Shown in pieces: positions 57,243 through 64,000 of a stretch of 64,000 nucleotides of DNA. Made by a program: the position numbers and the translations under genes. Every line of letters starts with the position of its first letter. Positions within the stretch are counted from its first letter, which is position 1. Source of the stretch: Desulfomonilia bacterium (GTDB lineage Bacteria > Desulfobacterota > Desulfomonilia > UBA1062); assembly GCA_963664325.2 (NCBI GenBank), contig CAXXDQ010000002.1, positions 224,001 through 288,000 of the forward strand, in the 5' to 3' direction. Below the pieces are notes generated by a model. The model saw only the letters and a program-made list of their open reading frames with translations, was not told the DNA's origin and searched no databases.

Positions 57243-60146
57243 TTATCCATTAAGGGGCTTCAATGGTTCCGATGCGTTTCTCGAAGCCTCGATACCCATG
57301 ACTGCGGCGACGCCGCCTGCGATTGTCGTGACATAAGGCACCTTGTAGGCGATGGCGGCTTTTCTGATATATGAATCATCATGCCTGGACAGCCTGCCGC
57401 TTGGCGTATTTATTATAAGGCTGTATTCGCCGTTCTTGATGTCATCGACAATATTCGGCCTTCCTTCATAGACTTTCAGCACGACCTCGGCATCGATGCC
57501 GTTTTCATTAAGGTACCCGGCAGTGCCTTTGGTTGCACAGATCCCGAAGCCAAGCGCTTTAAGCCTTTTCGCCGCATCCAGCAGTTTAGGCCTGTCGTTC
57601 CTGGAAACGGTAATCAGCACCTTTCCTTTGTCGGGAAGGCTGAAGCCGGAGGCCTCGATGGCCCTTGAGAAGGCCAGCCCGAAATTATCGGCAATGCCGA
57701 GGGACTGCCCCGTCGAACGCATTTCCGGGCCCAACAGAGGGTCGGCACCGGTAAATACGTCAAAAGAGAATACTGCCTCCCTTACCCCGTAATGTTTTAG
57801 CTCGGGTTCGGTAATACCCATATCCCTGATCTTCATCCCGAACATGGCCTTGACGGCGTATTCCACCATCGGAACGCCGGTAACCTTCGAAACGAGCGGG
57901 ACCGTTCTGGAGGCCCTCAGGGATATGCCGAGGCAGTACACATTGCCTTCATGAACTGCGAACTGGGCGTTCATGAATCCAGTCGCGCCCAGGTGGCGTA
58001 CGATGCGCGATACGTTCTCGCGGATTTCAGCGATATTCTTTTTTGAGATATTGAGGGGAGGCACGACACAGGCGGCATCCCCGGTATGGATTCCTGCATG
58101 TTCGACATGTTCGACTATTGCAGGAATGAATGCGTCCGCTCCGTCGCAGACTGCATCAACCTGGGCCATGAAGCCGCCTTCAAGGAATTTTTCGACATAT
58201 ACCGGGAAAACCGCATCCTGGAGATATTTTTCCAGCGTCTCCATGTCATTGGCTATCACATTCGAACGGCCGTCAGGGGTCTCAGTTTCAGGCAGGATAA
58301 TTACGGGAAAGCCGATATGTTCTGCAGATGATTTCGCTTCATCGGCGTTTAGGGCTGAATCGGCATGCGGAACTGCTATTTTTACCTCTTTTGCAATCGC
58401 TGCAAGCCCCTTCCTGCTCTCAGCCCATGTGGCCTTTTCAGGGGGCGTCCCGTAAATATTCATTCCGGCGGCTCCAAGCCTTGCTGCAAGCGCCTGTGCA
58501 TTTACGCCGCCGGTCTGGCAGATTATGCCCCGGGGGGAATGCTCAAGACAGATTTGTGATATGCTTTCAAAATCAAGCGCGGTGATTATCACATCGATAC
58601 CGGTACCCGGGATTGATGCAATCCCGTAAGGGTTCGAGTCTGCGGCTTTCACGTCAATACCAAGAGATTTAACGGCAGCTGCAGCTTCGAAGCTCATGGC
58701 CGAGAGTTCCTGGCCTTCGCCTATCCTTGCCGGACCGCTGCATATGATAATAACAGGACCGTCATCCGATGTGGCCATCTGTTTAACTTTTCCTCCGGAG
58801 ACAGCGGCGGCCGGGTCATTCATCCGCTCAATGTAGAACTGCTTGATTTTTGCCAGTTCGGAAATATCGGCAGCGGCAGCCTCCTTTTCAAGCAGTCGCC
58901 TGATTATCGCCAGCCTGCCGCCGACAGGCTCCGAAAGCAGGCAAAAAAGTTCATCCCGTTCAAGGCCCGCATAGCTCTTGTCTGAACGGCTGATTTGAGA
59001 TTTCAGGGCTTTTTGAAAGGCCTCGCTGAAGTTCTGTCCTATGCCTATGGAAGCGCCTGTAGACTGCATTATTGTATTAAGCCTGCCGTCCGCACCTTCA
59101 AACTTGTCGAACTGGAAAACGGGTATCCTTACGGCTGTTGCTTTCGTTCCGGGTATTACATCAAGGCCCTGTTCTTTGAGAGTCATGCCGGCGGCACACT
59201 TGGCGGCAGATTCTGCAAGATTGATCCCCGTTGCGGCTGCGGCAAAGGCTGTCGAGCGCGAATAGCGGGGATTGACCTCGAGCACGAGCAGTCTTTCAGT
59301 CTGCCTGTCATAGCCGAACTGTATGTTTGCGGTTCCTCTTATGCCCAGTTCCCCGGCAATAACCGACGAGATATCACCCATCGTCTCCTGAAGGCCTTTA
59401 TCAACAGTCTGCATGGGGATCACTGCAACCGCATCACCGGAATGTATTCCCATCTGGTCAAGGTTTTCCCTGAAGGCGGCCGTAACCGCATTACCTTTCC
59501 TGTCGCTCAGGACTTCGGTCTCAAGCTTGTCCCAGCCGAAAAGTGATTCCTCTATCATGACGGGTGAGGATGACCCTGTTATGCTTCCGGCAATCACCCT
59601 CAGATCCTCGACGTTATATACGAGAGATGTCCTGCCGGCGCCTGTGACTGCAGGCCTTACAACGACAGGATAGCCGAAGGCGGAGGCGTTTCTTTCAGCC
59701 TCGTCAATGCTCAGGGCAAGCGTTGATTTCGGCATATGTATGCCCAGTTTTGAAAGCCTTTCCTTAAGCAGCATCCTGTCTCCGGCGGTTTTTATCGTAT
59801 CGATATCGAGCCCCATTATCTCAACGCCGTTAAGGGTTCCTGACGAATAAAGCCCTAAGACAAGCGAGAGCGCATGTTTGCCCCCGAATGTCGGCAGAAG
59901 GAATTCCGGTTTTTCCGTCCTGAGAATATCGGTAACGGATTTGGCTGTAATCGGCGCAACATATGTCCGTGCCGAATAAGTCAATAATCCGGCCGGATTA
60001 GCATCGATGGCCAGAACGTCGAATCCTGACTTTTTCAGTATGGCTGCAGCGGCGGCGGCCGCAAAATCCAGTTCGCCGCCGTGTCCTATCCTTACCGGGC
60101 CGGGACCGATTATCAGCACTTTGCCCATATCTTTTTTTAAAGGCAT
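57243..60146 (-). CDS. carB: Carbamoyl-phosphate synthase large-subunit homolog, divergent and shortened
   Basis: 'VLIIG.GP..IG...E.D', 'GIHSGD', 'EVNPR.SRS', 'GIHTGD', 'LGPEMRSTG' and a well-conserved MGS domain. Several catalytic motifs are degenerate. Confidence 0.85.
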   Translation of the reverse strand: MPLKKDMGKVLIIGPGPVRIGHGGELDFAAAAAAAILKKSGFDVLAIDANPAGLLTYSARTYVAPITAKSVTDILRTEKPEFLLPTFGGKHALSLVLGLYSSGTLNGVEIMGLDIDTIKTAGDRMLLKERLSKLGIHMPKSTLALSIDEAERNASAFGYPVVVRPAVTGAGRTSLVYNVEDLRVIAGSITGSSSPVMIEESLFGWDKLETEVLSDRKGNAVTAAFRENLDQMGIHSGDAVAVIPMQTVDKGLQETMGDISSVIAGELGIRGTANIQFGYDRQTERLLVLEVNPRYSRSTAFAAAATGINLAESAAKCAAGMTLKEQGLDVIPGTKATAVRIPVFQFDKFEGADGRLNTIMQSTGASIGIGQNFSEAFQKALKSQISRSDKSYAGLERDELFCLLSEPVGGRLAIIRRLLEKEAAAADISELAKIKQFYIERMNDPAAAVSGGKVKQMATSDDGPVIIICSGPARIGEGQELSAMSFEAAAAVKSLGIDVKAADSNPYGIASIPGTGIDVIITALDFESISQICLEHSPRGIICQTGGVNAQALAARLGAAGMNIYGTPPEKATWAESRKGLAAIAKEVKIAVPHADSALNADEAKSSAEHIGFPVIILPETETPDGRSNVIANDMETLEKYLQDAVFPVYVEKFLEGGFMAQVDAVCDGADAFIPAIVEHVEHAGIHTGDAACVVPPLNISKKNIAEIRENVSRIVRHLGATGFMNAQFAVHEGNVYCLGISLRASRTVPLVSKVTGVPMVEYAVKAMFGMKIRDMGITEPELKHYGVREAVFSFDVFTGADPLLGPEMRSTGQSLGIADNFGLAFSRAIEASGFSLPDKGKVLITVSRNDRPKLLDAAKRLKALGFGICATKGTAGYLNENGIDAEVVLKVYEGRPNIVDDIKNGEYSLIINTPSGRLSRHDDSYIRKAAIAYKVPYVTTIAGGVAAVMGIEASRNASEPLKPLNG

Positions 60147-60230
60147 AAAAACCCCTCGGGTATTTTGAAAAGAAGGCCGAATCTTAAATGAGGCGGGTGT
60201 TCATAGTCAAGGAATAACATGAAAGTTTTC

Positions 60231-60263
60231 AACGGCAGCCCCCGATGCAGGGGGGCCGCCGTT
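60231..60263. terminator. GC-rich stem-loop downstream of gap
   Basis: AACGGCAGCCCCC...GGGGGCCGCCGTT about 10 nt past the gap stop. U-tract on the minus strand is weak. Confidence 0.5.
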
Positions 60264-60273
60264 TTGTATGAAG

Positions 60274-61864
<1,591 letters not shown>

Positions 61865-62068
61865 ACACACCTCCCATTTGCGGTATTTCTTAAACAGCTT
61901 TTTAGGACTGTTCTGCAACTTCTAATAATAACTGCAATCCATACGTCAAGGGCAAACTTCCCGGTTGAAAGATTAAAATAGTATTCGGCAAGAAAAGAGA
62001 TAATCTGAAAGGATATTTTAAAAATATGCGGCTTGCATATAATTAATGCGGATTGTATGTTCTTTTTT

Positions 62069-63367
62069 ATGAGAAAAACCCTGATCATACTTGCCGTTTT
62101 TATTGTATGGGCCTCGAGTGTTTCTGCTGTTGGCTATGAGCAGGAGCGCGAGATATCCAGGGATGTGGACGCATATCTTGAGGCGGAAGGCTATATACTC
62201 CATGATTCCGAGGCGGCATGGATAGTTCAGTCCCTTGCAGACCAGTTGTCCGATCATATAAAAGACCGCATCTACAATATCAAAGTCCAGATTGTTAAAG
62301 ATCCTTCCATAAATGCGTTTGCCATAACTGACGGTCATATCTATATCAATTCCGGTACGCTCATCTTTGCTAAAGACATGGACGAACTTGCCGCAGTACT
62401 CGCCCATGAAATGGGCCATTGCCAGTTGAGGCATATCCCGAATTCCATGGATAATCAGACCAAGCTTACCGCTGCATCCGTTGTGGGAGTCATCCTGGGC
62501 GCCATTGTGACAGCTGCGAACCCGGCTGTGGGAAGCGCCATACTCTTATCATCAGTAGGCGGCGCGCAGAACATGAGCCTGGCCTATACGAGGATGCAGG
62601 AGGCCGAGGCCGATTCGTTCGCCATAAGGCTCTTGAAGGAGTCGAATATGGACCCGTCGGCAATGGGACGGTTCCTTATAAGGCTCAGAACCTATACGGA
62701 CACATCCAATATACCGCAGTACATGCTGACGCACCCGTACACGCAGGACAGGATTGCGGCAATCGGGGAAAACCCGACGGAACCCAAGCCTGACACCAGA
62801 TACTGGCTGCTTTATTCAACTGTAACCGGCGGCCTTATGAATGACAAGGAGATAAAGCTCCGTTCGGCCGGAATGCCTGAAATGTATCTCAATCTGGCCC
62901 TTGGCATCTCAAACGCAAGAAACGGAAAATTCAAGGAGTCGCTCTCGGAACTCAAGGATAACGAGCTGCCTCAGGCCAGGGGCTGGATAGGGATCGATTA
63001 TTATTACCTGAATGAAAAGGAAAAGGCCTATCCTTATCTGAAGTCTGACCTCAAGAATCCCGTTGCGGTAAACGCCCTGGCGGACATAATGATGGATAAA
63101 GGACAGTATGACGAGGCCATAGTGATCCTGCTGCCTTTCTCCTCCCAGAGCCCCCGTGCCGCATACACCCTAGGGGTGCTGTACGAGAAGAAAGGCAAAG
63201 ACGGGCTTTCTCATTTTTCTTTTGCCAAATATTTTCTGTCAACGCGCAACCTGGCTGCATGCATGCACCATATAAATATTGCACTCGCGGACAAGACGCT
63301 TGATGAAGATACAAGGAACCAGATAAAGTCGATGAAGGATACGGTCTCCAAACTCCAGAAATCCTAG
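62069..63367 (+). CDS. M48-family metalloprotease with TPR-like C-terminus (BepA/YfgC-like)
   Basis: Signal peptide, 'INAFA..DG.IY..SG', 'LAHEMGH', 'YTR.QE.EAD', 'LTHP...RI'. Confidence 0.9.
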   Translation: MRKTLIILAVFIVWASSVSAVGYEQEREISRDVDAYLEAEGYILHDSEAAWIVQSLADQLSDHIKDRIYNIKVQIVKDPSINAFAITDGHIYINSGTLIFAKDMDELAAVLAHEMGHCQLRHIPNSMDNQTKLTAASVVGVILGAIVTAANPAVGSAILLSSVGGAQNMSLAYTRMQEAEADSFAIRLLKESNMDPSAMGRFLIRLRTYTDTSNIPQYMLTHPYTQDRIAAIGENPTEPKPDTRYWLLYSTVTGGLMNDKEIKLRSAGMPEMYLNLALGISNARNGKFKESLSELKDNELPQARGWIGIDYYYLNEKEKAYPYLKSDLKNPVAVNALADIMMDKGQYDEAIVILLPFSSQSPRAAYTLGVLYEKKGKDGLSHFSFAKYFLSTRNLAACMHHINIALADKTLDEDTRNQIKSMKDTVSKLQKS

Positions 63368-64000
63368 CTCAACTCCTGTCTCAGGATAGCCCTGATCTTG
63401 GCCACCTCGAAGGTTTCCGCTGCGCCGCTGTCTTCGTTTATCGCTTCCATAAAACCTGCTCCCGAGCGGATGTAAATATTTATAGGACTGATCCTGTGTG
63501 CCGAGGACTCTCCGTACCCCTTTTTCGGATAGAAGATTATAATATCCCGGCCTTCATTGATAACATTCTCAAGCATTTCTATGCCCTTGTTGCCGTAAGG
63601 GAGAGGAATGACCATGCCGTAGGGATATAATCCGCCCCTGGCGAACGACTGTCTCGGCTGCTTGACGGGTTTTATCGGCAGCAGCCTTCCCCATGCCGGC
63701 TCTGAATCATCGGGCTGTTTCTCATGTTCGACAAGGACTCCCCTCTTTTCAAGCAGCGCCCCCATTTCTCTTTCATAGTTTTCAGGAATCCTGAATATTC
63801 CCGGCTGCAATTCTTCCAGCCCGTGGGGGACCTTGTCCTTGTCCGACGTCAGCAGGAATGTGCCGCTGATTATGCGGGCACAGGAAATCGTCCCGGTCCA
63901 TGCCGATATGGTCTTCAGTATATTGTCAGGCATGGTGTGCTGTGAGATTCTGTCAAGGAAGGCCATGATCTTTTCTGCGGTCCAGGAAAAACCGATGGCC
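63364..64000 (-). CDS. Helicase-associated (XPB/Ssl2 N-terminal-like) protein with C-terminal WYL-like domain, 5'-truncated
   Basis: Frame open to the window end. 'AEKIMAFL..IS....P.NI..TI..W' resembles the helicase-associated domain. Tail 'I.Y......R.ISP..I.......EA........TF.V.KI' is WYL-like. Confidence 0.55.
   Translation of the reverse strand, partial: AIGFSWTAEKIMAFLDRISQHTMPDNILKTISAWTGTISCARIISGTFLLTSDKDKVPHGLEELQPGIFRIPENYEREMGALLEKRGVLVEHEKQPDDSEPAWGRLLPIKPVKQPRQSFARGGLYPYGMVIPLPYGNKGIEMLENVINEGRDIIIFYPKKGYGESSAHRISPINIYIRSGAGFMEAINEDSGAAETFEVAKIRAILRQELS

Overview
Bacterial chromosomal segment. Gene content and order (DUF465-ilvB-ilvN-ilvC-pssA-leuA-leuC-leuD; mltG-ruvX-K+ channel-zinc ribbon-hpt) suggest an anaerobic Desulfobacterota/deltaproteobacterium; this is an inference. 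About 1-26 kb is AT-richer housekeeping DNA: a queuosine-salvage hydrolase, amino-acid ABC transporter, tRNA-Thr(CGT), a frameshifted REC/HD-GYP gene, the ilv/leu operon, pal and an ABC-F gene. The main candidate system is at about 25.9-42.7 kb: a co-oriented 17-gene acyl-CoA catabolic cluster headed by a TetR gene. It contains two complete Ltp4/Ltp3-like (Cys-less thiolase-fold, probable retro-aldolase) + DUF35/DUF35 modules, an SCP2-SCP2-DUF35 fusion, a beta-keto acid cleavage enzyme, a CoA ligase, a two-subunit CoA transferase, tandem acyl-CoA dehydrogenases and a MaoC pair, but no 3-hydroxyacyl-CoA dehydrogenase. Five of its spacers carry inverted arrays of 7- or 8-mer repeats. After it come a MITE-like hairpin element, an AT-rich orphan gene, a small-protein + nucleotidyltransferase pair, several secreted lipoprotein hydrolases, a GMC oxidoreductase, a nitroreductase, orphan oppD/oppF-like ATPases, a catalytically degenerate CarB-like gene, gap, a GAF protein, an M48 protease and a truncated helicase-associated/WYL-like gene. 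No CRISPR array, rRNA, integrase or transposase was seen. All family calls come from motif recognition by eye, not database searches.
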